From Lachnospiraceae bacterium (GTDB lineage Bacteria > Bacillota > Clostridia > Lachnospirales > Lachnospiraceae), in NCBI GenBank assembly GCA_017559435.1, contig JAFYSG010000165.1, forward strand, positions 1-49,832: a stretch of 49,832 bases of DNA. The letters are read 5' to 3'. Within the stretch, counting starts at the first letter, position 1. Every line of letters begins with the position of its first letter. Position numbers and translations under genes: made by a program. Of this stretch, positions 37,252-47,529 are shown in pieces. The notes beneath the pieces are model-generated. The model ran no database searches, had not been told where the DNA came from, and saw nothing but the letters and a program-made list of their open reading frames with translations.

Positions 37252-38124
37252 ATGGAAAGCTACAGTGATTTTGCGTATGTATATGATGAGCTTATGGATA
37301 ACACACCTTATGAGCTCTGGTGCCGGCGCATTGAAAATTTAATAAAAACATATGGAATTTCCAAGCCTGTGAGGGAAACGAGCTTAAAGACGGATGCCGT
37401 AAGTCCGGCCGTGAGTACAGAGTATGAGCAGTCCGGTGAAGAGTTGCTTGCCTCAGAGCGCAATCTTGTTGCAGACTTAGGCTGCGGTACCGGCACCTTG
37501 ACACAACTGATGTATGACAAAGGCTATGATATGATGGGCATTGATAACTCAGAGGAGATGCTGAACGTGGCCTGCACGAAGCGTGAACAGTCAGGGGCGC
37601 AGATTCTTTATCTGTTACAGGATATGAGAGAGCTGGAGCTTTACAGCACTGTGGGTACGATGATCAGTGTGTGTGATTCCTTGAATTATATTTTGGAAGA
37701 AGATGAACTGCTTCAGACATTTCAGTTGGTGAATAATTATTTGTATCCGGGTGGTATTTTTATCTTTGATTTTAATACGGTATACAAGTATGAACAGGTT
37801 ATTGGAGATACTACCATTGCAGAGAATCGTGAGGACTGCAGTTTTATCTGGGAAAACTATTATCATTCAGAGGAAGAGATCAACGAATATGACTTAACGG
37901 TGTTTGTGCAGGAGGAAGGAGACCGCTTCCGCAGATTCACAGAGACCCATTATCAGCGAGGTTATACAGAAGAGCAGATGGTATCTTTGGTGGAAGAAGC
38001 TGGGATGAAGGTGCTTTTGATAAAAGACAGTGATACAGATGGACCTGTGACAGAGACTACTGAGCGCATTTACCTGGTGGCAAGAGAGCAGGGCAAGCAG
38101 ATGGAGAATAATTCGGCGCTGTAA
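37252..38124 (+). CDS. Class I SAM-dependent methyltransferase
   Basis: YSDFAYVYDELM, DLGCGTG, GIDNSEEML, QDMREL, DSLNY, PGGIFIFD. Confidence 0.9.
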   Translation: MESYSDFAYVYDELMDNTPYELWCRRIENLIKTYGISKPVRETSLKTDAVSPAVSTEYEQSGEELLASERNLVADLGCGTGTLTQLMYDKGYDMMGIDNSEEMLNVACTKREQSGAQILYLLQDMRELELYSTVGTMISVCDSLNYILEEDELLQTFQLVNNYLYPGGIFIFDFNTVYKYEQVIGDTTIAENREDCSFIWENYYHSEEEINEYDLTVFVQEEGDRFRRFTETHYQRGYTEEQMVSLVEEAGMKVLLIKDSDTDGPVTETTERIYLVAREQGKQMENNSAL

Positions 38125-38150
38125 GGATGCAGTGAGGGAAAGAGGAAAAC

Positions 38151-39032
38151 ATGTCAGATTATATTGTAAGAGCAACAGCGGCAAATGCCCAGATCAGAGC
38201 GTTTGCCTGTACAACAAGAGAAATGGTGGAGACTGCCAGACAGGCACACAACACAAGCCCTGTGGTGACAGCTGCATTAGGCCGGCTTATGAGTGCCGCA
38301 GCCATGATGGGGTCTATGCTGAAGGGCGAAGAGGATTTGATGACCCTGCAGATCAAGTCGGGAGGACCTATGAAAGGTATGACTGTGACTGCAGATTCCA
38401 AGGGAAATGTAAAAGGTTACGCCAATGTACCGGATGTGATCCTGCCGGCTAACTCCAAAGGAAAGCTGGATGTGGCAGGGGCAGTGGGGCCGGGATTTTT
38501 GCAGGTGATCAAGGATATGGGTTTAAAGGAGCCTTATGTGGGACAGACCATGCTGCAGACCTGTGAGATCGCAGAGGATCTGACTTATTATTTTGCAACG
38601 TCAGAGCAGGTGCCTTCTTCCGTGGGACTGGGTGTTCTGATGGAGAAAGATAATACCGTAAAATGTGCCGGAGGCTTTATCGTACAGTTGATGCCTTTTA
38701 CAGAAGATGCAGTTATTGATCGGTTGGAGGAAAATCTGAAACAGTTGACATCAGTGACTTCTCTGCTTGCCCAGGGCATGACACCGGAGGAACTTTTGGG
38801 GGTGGTACTTTCCGGATTTGATGTGGAGATCACAGATACACTGGACACTGGTTTTCATTGTAACTGTGACAAAGAGAGAGTGGAAAAAGCATTGATCAGC
38901 ATCGGCAAAAAGGAACTGCAGGACATGATTGATGATGGAAAGCCCATAGAGATGAATTGTCATTTCTGCAATACCAATTATGAGTTTAGCGTAGAAGAGT
39001 TGAAGGCATTGTATCAGAAGGCAAGGAGGTAA
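38151..39032 (+). CDS. hslO: Hsp33 redox-regulated chaperone
   Basis: ALGR, YFATSEQ, GGFIVQLMP, CNC...CHFC zinc centre. Confidence 0.95.
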   Translation: MSDYIVRATAANAQIRAFACTTREMVETARQAHNTSPVVTAALGRLMSAAAMMGSMLKGEEDLMTLQIKSGGPMKGMTVTADSKGNVKGYANVPDVILPANSKGKLDVAGAVGPGFLQVIKDMGLKEPYVGQTMLQTCEIAEDLTYYFATSEQVPSSVGLGVLMEKDNTVKCAGGFIVQLMPFTEDAVIDRLEENLKQLTSVTSLLAQGMTPEELLGVVLSGFDVEITDTLDTGFHCNCDKERVEKALISIGKKELQDMIDDGKPIEMNCHFCNTNYEFSVEELKALYQKARR

Positions 39033-39035
39033 GGT

Positions 39036-40946
39036 ATGAAGCATGGATTTCTGAAGGTGGCAGCTGTCACTCCCAAGATCAAAGTGGCAGACCCGAAATA
39101 TAACGCCCGGGTCATCTGTGAGAAGATGAACGAGGCTTATGAACATGGGGCCAAGATCATCGTGTTACCGGAACTTTGTCTCACGGGATATACCTGCGGA
39201 GACCTTTTTTTGCACGAGATAGTATTGGAGGAAGCTAAGAATCAGCTTGTAAAGATCGCAGAGAGCACGGAAGGGAAGGATGCCGTTGTTGTGATAGGGC
39301 TTCCGCTGGAAAGAGACGGCAGATTATACAATGTGGCAGCAGTAATACAGGATGGCGTGGTTCTGGGTTTGGTACCCAAGGCTAATATTCCAAGCTACGC
39401 GGAATTCTATGAAGGGAGACATTTTACAGAAGGCAATCGGGAAGTAACATCTTATTACCTTGGAGATGAGGAGATTCCCTTTGGAGTGAACCTGTTGTTT
39501 GAGTGTACCAATATGCGGGGACTGGTTATTGGCTGTGAGATCTGCGAAGATCTCTGGGTGGCAAATCCTCCCAGTACTGATCATGCTCTCAGTGGAGCCA
39601 CAATTATTGTTAATTTGTCGGCCTCTAATGAGAATGTTGGAAAAGATGAATATAGGGAGCTTTTGGTGAAAAGTTCCAGTGCCCGACTTCTGTGCGGATA
39701 TATTTACACCAGTGCAGGGGAAGGAGAGTCCACCCAGGACCTTGTATTCGGTGCCCACAATTTGATCGGGGAGAATGGTAATATACTGATGCAGTCTAAG
39801 AAGTTTATGGGAGAGACTATCTATGCCGATCTGGATATCAACCGTATTCTGGCTGAGAGACGCAGAATGTGTACCTTTGGTAAGGAAAGAAATCTAAATT
39901 ATGTGGCAGTGCCTTTCAAGCTTAATATGGTAGAGACCAAACTGGAGAGACAATTTAGCAATATGCCTTTTGTGCCCACAGATACCCAAAGCCGCAACAA
40001 GCGCTGCGAGGATATCTTGGCCATACAGTCTTATGGTCTGAAAAAAAGGTATGAGCATATCGGTTGCAAGACTGCTGTCATCGGTATCTCGGGTGGATTG
40101 GATTCTACGTTGACATTGCTTGTGACTGCCCGTACTTTTGACATGTTGGGACTGGATAGAAAGGGTATTATCTCAGTGACCATGCCTTGCTTTGGAACCA
40201 CTGACCGCACCTACGAAAATGCCTGCAAGCTGGCGACCACTCTGGGTACCACCTTGAAGGAAGTGGATATCAAGGAGGCTGTGCGGGTGCATTTTAGAGA
40301 CATCGGTCAGGATCCGGATCAACATGATGTGACCTATGAAAATGCTCAGGCAAGAGAGCGGACACAGGTGCTTATGGACATTGCCAACCGCATGGGTGGT
40401 CTGGTCATCGGTACCGGTGACATGTCCGAACTTGCCCTTGGTTGGGCGACTTATAATGGTGACCATATGTCTATGTATGGTGTCAATGCCGGAGTTCCCA
40501 AGACATTGGTACGCCATCTGGTAAAATATTATGCAGAGACCTGTAACAATGAGATTTTGAAGGATGTTCTTCTGGATGTTCTGGATACGCCGGTAAGTCC
40601 TGAGCTTTTGCCGCCTGTAGACGGTGTTATCGCACAGAAGACGGAGGATCTGGTAGGACCTTATGAGCTTCATGATTTCTTCCTGTACTATTTCCTGCGT
40701 TGCACCTATTCACCGGAGAAAATCTATCGGATTGCACTGCAGTCTTTTGAAGGAATCTATGATGCAGAGATTATCAAAAAATGGCTGAAGACATTCTGCC
40801 GCAGATTCTTCCAGCAGCAATTCAAACGCTCCTGCCTGCCGGATGGACCAAAAGTTGGTAGCGTGGCAGTGTCACCCAGAGGGGATTTGCGCGTGCCGTC
40901 AGATGCTTCAGCAGCACTTTGGATGGAAGAGGCGGAGAGACTGTGA
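39036..40946 (+). CDS. nadE: Glutamine-dependent NAD+ synthetase
   Basis: Nitrilase domain (PEL, EFYE, ICEDLW) plus SGGLDST, ENAQARERT, QQFKRSCLPDGPK. Confidence 0.96.
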   Translation: MKHGFLKVAAVTPKIKVADPKYNARVICEKMNEAYEHGAKIIVLPELCLTGYTCGDLFLHEIVLEEAKNQLVKIAESTEGKDAVVVIGLPLERDGRLYNVAAVIQDGVVLGLVPKANIPSYAEFYEGRHFTEGNREVTSYYLGDEEIPFGVNLLFECTNMRGLVIGCEICEDLWVANPPSTDHALSGATIIVNLSASNENVGKDEYRELLVKSSSARLLCGYIYTSAGEGESTQDLVFGAHNLIGENGNILMQSKKFMGETIYADLDINRILAERRRMCTFGKERNLNYVAVPFKLNMVETKLERQFSNMPFVPTDTQSRNKRCEDILAIQSYGLKKRYEHIGCKTAVIGISGGLDSTLTLLVTARTFDMLGLDRKGIISVTMPCFGTTDRTYENACKLATTLGTTLKEVDIKEAVRVHFRDIGQDPDQHDVTYENAQARERTQVLMDIANRMGGLVIGTGDMSELALGWATYNGDHMSMYGVNAGVPKTLVRHLVKYYAETCNNEILKDVLLDVLDTPVSPELLPPVDGVIAQKTEDLVGPYELHDFFLYYFLRCTYSPEKIYRIALQSFEGIYDAEIIKKWLKTFCRRFFQQQFKRSCLPDGPKVGSVAVSPRGDLRVPSDASAALWMEEAERL

Positions 40947-40975
40947 TTCATGTTATGGGGATTGCGGCAAGGGAC

Positions 40976-41117
40976 GCCGCTGGGCAGAGCAGTTGTTCGT
41001 ACAGCGGCACGCTCTCGCTCCGTGAAAAACGCAGCGGGTGCTAGGCTCGAAAGTACCTCGCCAAGCACCGGCGTTTTTCAAGGGCCTTTTGTACGAACAA
41101 CTGCTCCACTCAGCGGC
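40976..41117. repeat. Multibranch palindromic (REP-like) intergenic element
   Basis: Perfect 17-bp gagcagttgttcgtaca(40987)/tgtacgaacaactgctc(41090); inner tgaaaaacgc/gcgtttttca; cgctctcgctc motif. Confidence 0.75.
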
Positions 41118-41142
41118 TGTTACTTGACAATTACCTATAACA

Positions 41143-41703
41143 TTAATCAAACTCTGATCGGGCTTTTTCCAAAGAATTACGGATGGCTTCCAGTAGCACG
41201 AGAGAGGTGTATTTATTTTCTGTTTCGTAGGTAACTCCTTCCACTGACTGTTTTTCGTATACTTGGGTGCAGATGTTTTGGAAGGTTGGTTCTAGGAGGG
41301 GGTACATGGTTGTTATGGTTTCACTTAGGTTCACAAGGCGAACTGAGGTGATGGAGGATTGGTCTACGATAACTTCCACATCGATTGACTGGTCGTTGAG
41401 GACTAATTCAGTGGTATAAATGCCGGGTATGTAAGCGGTGGTAGTGCTTGCGGCGGTTACGTCTGTGGAAGAGGCGGGTGTGCCGGATGGATTGGCACTT
41501 TGTGTGGTGGAAGTAGTGTTGTCTAAGGATGTTTCCTGGCCGGTACTGCCATTTGGCTGGGTGGCGGAGGAAGATGGGGTCTCTTTGCCCGGAAGGAACA
41601 TGATGATCAGTAAGATAATGAGAAGAATACCTAACGCCACAAAAATTCCTGTATAGATTAACTCTTTCATGCGAAGTACTACGATCTTGGTCTTGGCGCT
41701 CAT
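41143..41703 (-). CDS. Membrane-anchored hypothetical protein, Ser/Thr linker, FMN-binding-like C-terminal domain
   Basis: N-terminal TM, low-complexity linker, YIPGIYT..VEVIVD...ITSV. Confidence 0.7.
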   Translation of the reverse strand: MSAKTKIVVLRMKELIYTGIFVALGILLIILLIIMFLPGKETPSSSATQPNGSTGQETSLDNTTSTTQSANPSGTPASSTDVTAASTTTAYIPGIYTTELVLNDQSIDVEVIVDQSSITSVRLVNLSETITTMYPLLEPTFQNICTQVYEKQSVEGVTYETENKYTSLVLLEAIRNSLEKARSEFD

Positions 41704-41737
41704 ACGATTCCCCTTTGATAAAACAATTTATTTATAC

Positions 41738-41767
41738 ACTGTATGCGGTTGGGAATGAAACTATGTC
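41738..41767 (-). promoter_or_regulatory. Possible sigmaE-type sporulation promoter
   Basis: Minus strand gacATAg...CATACAGT upstream of the 41703 gene. Confidence 0.45.
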
Positions 41768-41877
41768 ATTCTCTTTGAAAAAATTGGTGACAGAAAAGCG
41801 AGAAACTGTTATACTGTGAGGGGAATTGTAGAAAAGATTTGAAGTTGTGATATAGAGGGAAGTTACGGAGGAATCAG

Positions 41878-42729
41878 ATGAAATTTACAAAGATGCAGGG
41901 ATGCGGTAATGATTATGTGTATATTAACGGGTTTACGGAAAGTTTGGATCAGGAACGTAAGCCAGAGATTGTAAGGAGGCTCAGTGACCGTCATTTTGGT
42001 GTGGGGGGTGATGGTGCCATTTTTATCAATCCCAGTGATGAGGCGGATTTTGAGATGGAGATGTATAATGCAGACGGAACCAGATCGGAGATGTGCGGGA
42101 ATGGTATCCGCTGTGTGGCCAAGTTTGTGTATGATAAAGGGCTGACAGACAAGACTCGTATCAGTGTCATTAGTGCAGGTCAGATCAAGTACCTTGATCT
42201 GACAGTGGAAGATGGAGAGGTGTCCAAGGTACGTGTGAATATGGGAAGCCCAATCCTGAAGCCGGAGTTGGTGCCTGTTCTTCTTGATGTGGCAACAGTC
42301 GGGGATAAAGTGGTAGACGCCCCCCTTCTGGTGAATGGTCAGGAGTACCGCATGACCTGTGTTTCCATGGGCAATCCTCATGCAGTGATTTTTACCGACC
42401 ATGTGGCAGAGCTTGATCTGGAGGCTATAGGGCCTTTCTTTGAAAAGCATGCCTGCTTCCCCAACCGTACCAATACAGAATTTGTGGAAGTGCTGGACCG
42501 AAATACGGTATTCATGCGCGTATGGGAAAGGGGGACAGGCGAGACACTGGCTTGCGGAACCGGTTGTTGTGCCACAGCGGTGGCTGCAGTGCTCAATGGT
42601 CTGACTGACACTGAAGTGACAGTAAAGCTCCTTGGGGGTGAGCTGCTGATAGAGTGGGACAGGGAAGCCAACCTCGTATATATGACTGGGCCGGCAGTGA
42701 CTGTGTTTGAAGGTGAAATTAAATTATAA
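41878..42729 (+). CDS. dapF: Diaminopimelate epimerase
   Basis: KMQGCGNDY, EMCGNGIRC, MGNPH, ERGTGETLACGTG. Confidence 0.97.
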   Translation: MKFTKMQGCGNDYVYINGFTESLDQERKPEIVRRLSDRHFGVGGDGAIFINPSDEADFEMEMYNADGTRSEMCGNGIRCVAKFVYDKGLTDKTRISVISAGQIKYLDLTVEDGEVSKVRVNMGSPILKPELVPVLLDVATVGDKVVDAPLLVNGQEYRMTCVSMGNPHAVIFTDHVAELDLEAIGPFFEKHACFPNRTNTEFVEVLDRNTVFMRVWERGTGETLACGTGCCATAVAAVLNGLTDTEVTVKLLGGELLIEWDREANLVYMTGPAVTVFEGEIKL

Positions 42730-42847
42730 TCATTTTTTAAGTTGTTTTTAATAGTTTCCTCATATGAAGTTCACATCTGCCTGATATGATCGGAATGTAC
42801 TGGTGGAAAGCAAAAAACAGTACAGGATGTATTGGGAGAGAAAACGC

Positions 42848-43465
42848 ATGACAAATGAGCAATATTATGAACTGATCGGACCTTATGAGGATGTTACTAA
42901 GATCATGATAACCAAGTTGGACATTTTGAACCACAGTATCTACAGCAAAGATATGGGCAAGCCTATTCATCATACCCAGAATCGTATCAAGACCAAGAAG
43001 AGCATAGAAGCGAAGCTGGAGAGACTTTCCCTTTCTGATAGTGTGATGAATGCCAAAGAGAAGCTGATGGACATCGCCGGGATCCGTGTGATCTGCCACT
43101 TCCCGGAAGAGATCTATGATTTGATCCAATGCCTAAAGCGGCAATCAGAATTAATTGTGATCAAGGAAAAGGACTACATAAAAAATCCAAAGCCCAGCGG
43201 TTATCGCAGCTATCACATTGTATTTGGTGTACCCATTCATTGTTTGGATGCCATGGAATACTTTCCGGTGGAGATCCAGTTTCGTACCATGTCCATGGAT
43301 TTTTGGGCCAGCATGGAGCATAGAATCTGTTACAAGAAGGAGTATGACCAAAAGGACAAAGTCAGCAAGGAACTGCAGCAGTATGCATTGGCATTGGAGC
43401 TTATGGAAAGCAGGTGTCAGGAGCAGATGCGGTTGGTGAAAGAGTGGGAGGCTTGTAACTGTTAA
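42848..43465 (+). CDS. Small alarmone synthetase (RelP/RelQ-like GTP pyrophosphokinase)
   Basis: RIK..KSI..K, DIAGIRVIC, KDYI.NPKPSGYRSYH, EIQFRT..MDFWASMEH. Confidence 0.92.
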   Translation: MTNEQYYELIGPYEDVTKIMITKLDILNHSIYSKDMGKPIHHTQNRIKTKKSIEAKLERLSLSDSVMNAKEKLMDIAGIRVICHFPEEIYDLIQCLKRQSELIVIKEKDYIKNPKPSGYRSYHIVFGVPIHCLDAMEYFPVEIQFRTMSMDFWASMEHRICYKKEYDQKDKVSKELQQYALALELMESRCQEQMRLVKEWEACNC

Positions 43466-43494
43466 TTTTATAGTAGGAAGAAATAAGTAATTTA

Positions 43495-43533
43495 AAGGCT
43501 GCCATTGCCCCATTACAGGGTGTGGCAGCCTTC
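43495..43533. terminator. Terminator between convergent genes
   Basis: aaggctgcca/tggcagcctt. Confidence 0.65.
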
Positions 43534-43573
43534 TTAGCATTACATAACTTTGACTGTCTATGACACCAAAGGT

Positions 43574-44116
43574 TTATCTGTTTTGCTCATTTTCTATATC
43601 TCGGTCATAATCCAGCACTTCGCCGGTATAAGGGTTGATCTCATAATCATATTCTACATTGTCTTTCGTGTGGAATTCAATGTCATAATGGGTTCCGTCG
43701 TCATCTTGATCAAGCTTACTTTTGGTGAAAGTTACCTGATCGGCTGTCATGTTTGCATGAGTAAGAGCAATCTGTCTTGCTTCTTCCTCAGATAGCATTT
43801 CTTGTCCGCTGGTGTTACTTTGTGTATTTGCAGACTCTTGTGTGCCGGACGGGTTTTGCGTGCCAGTCTGTCCATTTGTCTCAGTCTGACTTTGACTCCC
43901 GGATTGTTCAGACATGCCGGATTGACCTTGTGTTCCCTGTTCTGTTGTGTGGGAGGATCCTTGTGTTGTGGATTGGTTCTGGGAGGTTTGAGATTCGTCG
44001 GAAAGTCCGGCAGATGAACCGGAAGAATTATTAGCATCCTGAGAGGCATTTCTTGCACAGCCACTCAGTAGCAGTGTGGTTAATATGACTGCAAAAGTTA
44101 TTGTTTTTCTATTCAT
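43574..44116 (-). CDS. PepSY-domain lipoprotein with Q/S/T-rich linker
   Basis: Lipobox LSGC; LSEEEARQIAL, YDIEF, YEINPYTGEVL. Confidence 0.88.
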   Translation of the reverse strand: MNRKTITFAVILTTLLLSGCARNASQDANNSSGSSAGLSDESQTSQNQSTTQGSSHTTEQGTQGQSGMSEQSGSQSQTETNGQTGTQNPSGTQESANTQSNTSGQEMLSEEEARQIALTHANMTADQVTFTKSKLDQDDDGTHYDIEFHTKDNVEYDYEINPYTGEVLDYDRDIENEQNR

Positions 44117-44216
44117 GATGAGTTTGCTCCTTTCTGTGGATAGGTTCTGCTTTTGTGGTGAAAAATATGCATGGTGAAGTACATTTTGAGTAGAATGTGA
44201 AGTTTTTATAAACAGG

Positions 44217-44245
44217 TTGAAAATAGAGTTCTGAAATGTTAAAAT
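44217..44245 (+). promoter_or_regulatory. sigmaA-like promoter of ccdA-tlpA/potABC
   Basis: TTGAAA-17-TAAAAT with TG extension. Confidence 0.6.
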
Positions 44246-44290
44246 TCTAATAGAAAAAATATGTTTTGTAAGGCTTGCAAGGAGGATTTT

Positions 44291-45640
44291 ATGGGCTTTC
44301 AGATAGAGGCAAGTGTACCTGCCGTAACGGTGTTTATTCAGGGGCTGTTAAGTTTCTTTTCACCATGCGTATTGCCGCTTGTACCATTATATGTCAGTTA
44401 TCTGGCGGGAGGAGCTCGTGAAGTGGATGAAGAAGGAAGGATTCATTATCCGCGTAAAAAGGTGCTTGTAAATACCGTATTCTTTGTGCTGGGGATCAGT
44501 GGGGCGTTTTTTCTGCTGGGATTCGGCTTTACGGCGTTGGGGCTCTTTTTTCAGGATAATCGGCTATGGTTTGCCCGAATATCGGGATGCATTATGATAT
44601 TTATGGGTTTATATCAGATGGGGATGCTCGGACAGTCGAAGATGCTGTCTTCTGAGCATCGGTTGTCTGTCAGGTGGGATAAATGGGTGATGGGACCATT
44701 TCCTGCGTTGCTGCTTGGGTTTACTTTCAGTTTCGCGTGGACACCTTGTGTGGGGCCGACACTTGGAAGTGTGCTTCTGATGGCGGGTTCCTCAGGGAAT
44801 GCGGGGAAAGCGGCGGTGCTGATCACTGTATATACCCTGGGCTTTGTGCTGCCTTTTCTGGCAGTGGGTCTGTTTACAGGGAAGGTTTTGGATTTTTTTA
44901 GAAAACATGAAAATATTGTAAAGTATACGGTTAAGATGGGTGCAGTGCTTTTGATTCTCATGGGTGTGATGACGTTGACCGGGTATATGAATGGGATGAC
45001 AAGCTTTCTGTCGGAGTTCGGTGGATTGGCAGGAGACAGTGTCACGAAAGAGTTGCCGGATGATGAGAAGGGCAGTCAGGCAGTCGGTGACGAGGGTATG
45101 GTGACGGATGAGGCACAGACCGAGGTACAGGGAGAGCACCCGGATCGGTCGCAGGCAACAGAGCAGAAGGAAGAGGAGGAAGAAACAGTACCGGCACCGG
45201 ACTTTACTTTGGTGGATCAGTTTGGTAAGGAACATACACTGTCGGAATATAAGGGTAAAACAATTTTTCTCAATTTCTGGGGAACTTGGTGCCCGCCATG
45301 CCGCAGTGAGATGCCGGAGATTCAAAAGCTATATGAAAAATACGGCAATAATGAGGAGGATCTGATTGTGCTGGGAATTGCTGCACCGGAATACGGGGAC
45401 GAGGGTACGGTGGAGGAGATCAAGGAATTTTTGAGTGAGAACAAATATACTTTTCCTGTGGTAATGGATGAGACAGGGGAGATGTTTTACTGGTATGGGA
45501 TCAGTGCGTTTCCTACCACATTTATGATAGATGTGTCAGGAAATGTGTATGGTTATGTGCAGGGTGCCATAACGGGAGATATCATGGAGAGTATCGTACA
45601 ACAGACGATGGACAGCAGGGAGACCGCAGATGAACAATAA
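44291..45640 (+). CDS. CcdA (DsbD-like) membrane domain fused to TlpA/redoxin domain
   Basis: FFSPCVLPL and WTPCVGP; [21 protein letters not shown]; AGGAGG SD before 44291. Confidence 0.9.
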   Translation: MGFQIEASVPAVTVFIQGLLSFFSPCVLPLVPLYVSYLAGGAREVDEEGRIHYPRKKVLVNTVFFVLGISGAFFLLGFGFTALGLFFQDNRLWFARISGCIMIFMGLYQMGMLGQSKMLSSEHRLSVRWDKWVMGPFPALLLGFTFSFAWTPCVGPTLGSVLLMAGSSGNAGKAAVLITVYTLGFVLPFLAVGLFTGKVLDFFRKHENIVKYTVKMGAVLLILMGVMTLTGYMNGMTSFLSEFGGLAGDSVTKELPDDEKGSQAVGDEGMVTDEAQTEVQGEHPDRSQATEQKEEEEETVPAPDFTLVDQFGKEHTLSEYKGKTIFLNFWGTWCPPCRSEMPEIQKLYEKYGNNEEDLIVLGIAAPEYGDEGTVEEIKEFLSENKYTFPVVMDETGEMFYWYGISAFPTTFMIDVSGNVYGYVQGAITGDIMESIVQQTMDSRETADEQ

Positions 45641-46607
45641 TTATATTTTAGAGTTAAAAGGAGTCAGGAAAGCTTTTGGAGACACTGAGGTGCTCAAAGG
45701 CATTGATCTTAAGATTGCCAAAGGAGAATTTATTACTTTGCTTGGTGCCTCCGGCTGTGGCAAGACCACCACGCTTCGCATCATTGCCGGACTGGAGACG
45801 TCGGATGCAGGGCAGATTTTTCTGGATGGTCAGGATATCACGAGCCTGGAACCCAATAAGAGAAGTGTCAATACGGTGTTTCAAAGTTATGCCCTTTTTC
45901 CCCATATGAATGTGGCGGATAATATCGGGTATGGCTTGAAGTTAAAAAGGATGCCCAAGGATCTGATTGCCAAGAAGGTACAGGAGATGCTGCAATTGGT
46001 GCAGCTTTCCGGTTATGAGAAGCGTATGCCGGAGCAATTGTCCGGTGGTCAGCGGCAACGTGTGGCCATTGCCAGGGCGGTGGTCAATGAACCGAAGGTA
46101 CTTTTGCTGGATGAGCCTTTAGGGGCGTTGGATCTGAAACTTCGCAGACAGATGCAGCTGGAACTGAAGCGTTTGCAGAAACAGTTGGGAATCACATTTA
46201 TATATATCACCCATGATCAGGAAGAGGCGATCAATATGTCTGATCGTATTGCTGTGATGAATCATGGGGTGCTGGAGCAGGTGGGTACGCCCAATGAGAT
46301 TTATTATCAGCCAAGAACCAGCTATGTGGCCGGCTTTGTGGGCAACGCCAATATTCTGCGGTGCGGCGGAGAATTTTATGCCATCCGCACAGAGAATATC
46401 CTGATGAATGGCGAGCCGGAGTGTAATAGGGAAGCGGTAGTACTGGAAAAATCCTTTGCGGGAGGTCAGCTGAGGATTTTGTTTGAACTGCCCGACGCTC
46501 AGCAACTGACTGCCAGTCGTTATGGCATCGATGCGGATGTGCAGGTGGGAAGCAGGGTAATGATCGGATGGAAGAAAGAGAATGCAATTCCTGTGGCGGA
46601 GGAGTAG
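45630..46607 (+). CDS. potA: Spermidine/putrescine ABC transporter ATP-binding protein
   Basis: [42 protein letters not shown]. Confidence 0.92.
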   Translation: MNNNYILELKGVRKAFGDTEVLKGIDLKIAKGEFITLLGASGCGKTTTLRIIAGLETSDAGQIFLDGQDITSLEPNKRSVNTVFQSYALFPHMNVADNIGYGLKLKRMPKDLIAKKVQEMLQLVQLSGYEKRMPEQLSGGQRQRVAIARAVVNEPKVLLLDEPLGALDLKLRRQMQLELKRLQKQLGITFIYITHDQEEAINMSDRIAVMNHGVLEQVGTPNEIYYQPRTSYVAGFVGNANILRCGGEFYAIRTENILMNGEPECNREAVVLEKSFAGGQLRILFELPDAQQLTASRYGIDADVQVGSRVMIGWKKENAIPVAEE

Positions 46608-46608
46608 T

Positions 46609-47529
46609 ATGATGGACGAAGCATGTGAAAACAAAGCAAAGTGCAAAGAGGAAAAGGTGAAATGTTGCATGAGGAGTCGTGCGAAAAGTCGGAGCAACTG
46701 GATGCTTCTTGCGCCGATTTATGTTTTTACCATATTGTTTGTAGGACTTCCGATCCTGTATATGTTTCTGTTAAGCTTTCTTAGCAGGGCTAAGGTATGG
46801 GGAGTGGATTTTACGTTTACTTTGGATAATTATAAGAGGATACTGGAACCAATGTATATTGATATGCTCCGGGAATCCTTTCAGCTGGCGGTTCTCTCTA
46901 CATCGATCATCACGCTTTTAGGCTACCCTTACGGTTATTTTATGGCCAGAATGAATGCAGTCTGGAAGAAACGGATGATGCTTTTGATCATGATTCCTTT
47001 CTGGACCAGTTCGTTGATACGGTTGTACGGTTGGATCATAATGTTTCGCAGCAACGGTGTGTTGGACAAGGTGCTTATGGGAATCGGACTGACGCAGAAG
47101 CCCTTGAAACTTCTGTATACTTACCCGGCAGTGGTGGTGGGCATGGTGTATGCACTGTTACCATTTATGATACTGTCGGTATATTCCAGTGCAGAAAAAA
47201 TGGATTGGACGCTGGTGGAAGCATCCAGAGATTTGGGTGCATCTGCCTTCAAGGCCTTTTGGACAGTGACCTTTAAGCTCACGCTGCCCGGTCTTTTGTC
47301 CGGTGTGGTGCTGACCTTCATTCCTTCCATGGGACTGTTCTTTATCGCAGATATCCTGGGCGGTAATAAGATTGTGCTGGTGGGAAGTGTGATTCAGGAG
47401 CAGCTGACTAAGGGGCGCAATCTGCCTTTTGCGGCAGCCCTTTCGGCGGTGTTGATGGTGCTGACTTCCTTGATGATACGGTTGTACCGGAAAGTCACCA
47501 GAACCACAGAACTGGAGGGATTGGTATGA
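46609..47529 (+). CDS. potB: Spermidine/putrescine ABC transporter permease
   Basis: GYPYGY, IPFWTS, LPFMIL, EASRDLGA. Confidence 0.9.
   Translation: MMDEACENKAKCKEEKVKCCMRSRAKSRSNWMLLAPIYVFTILFVGLPILYMFLLSFLSRAKVWGVDFTFTLDNYKRILEPMYIDMLRESFQLAVLSTSIITLLGYPYGYFMARMNAVWKKRMMLLIMIPFWTSSLIRLYGWIIMFRSNGVLDKVLMGIGLTQKPLKLLYTYPAVVVGMVYALLPFMILSVYSSAEKMDWTLVEASRDLGASAFKAFWTVTFKLTLPGLLSGVVLTFIPSMGLFFIADILGGNKIVLVGSVIQEQLTKGRNLPFAAALSAVLMVLTSLMIRLYRKVTRTTELEGLV

Noticed and set aside
40950-41234. ORFs across the second palindromic element
   Set aside because: By-product of a GC-rich inverted repeat; overlap a real convergent gene
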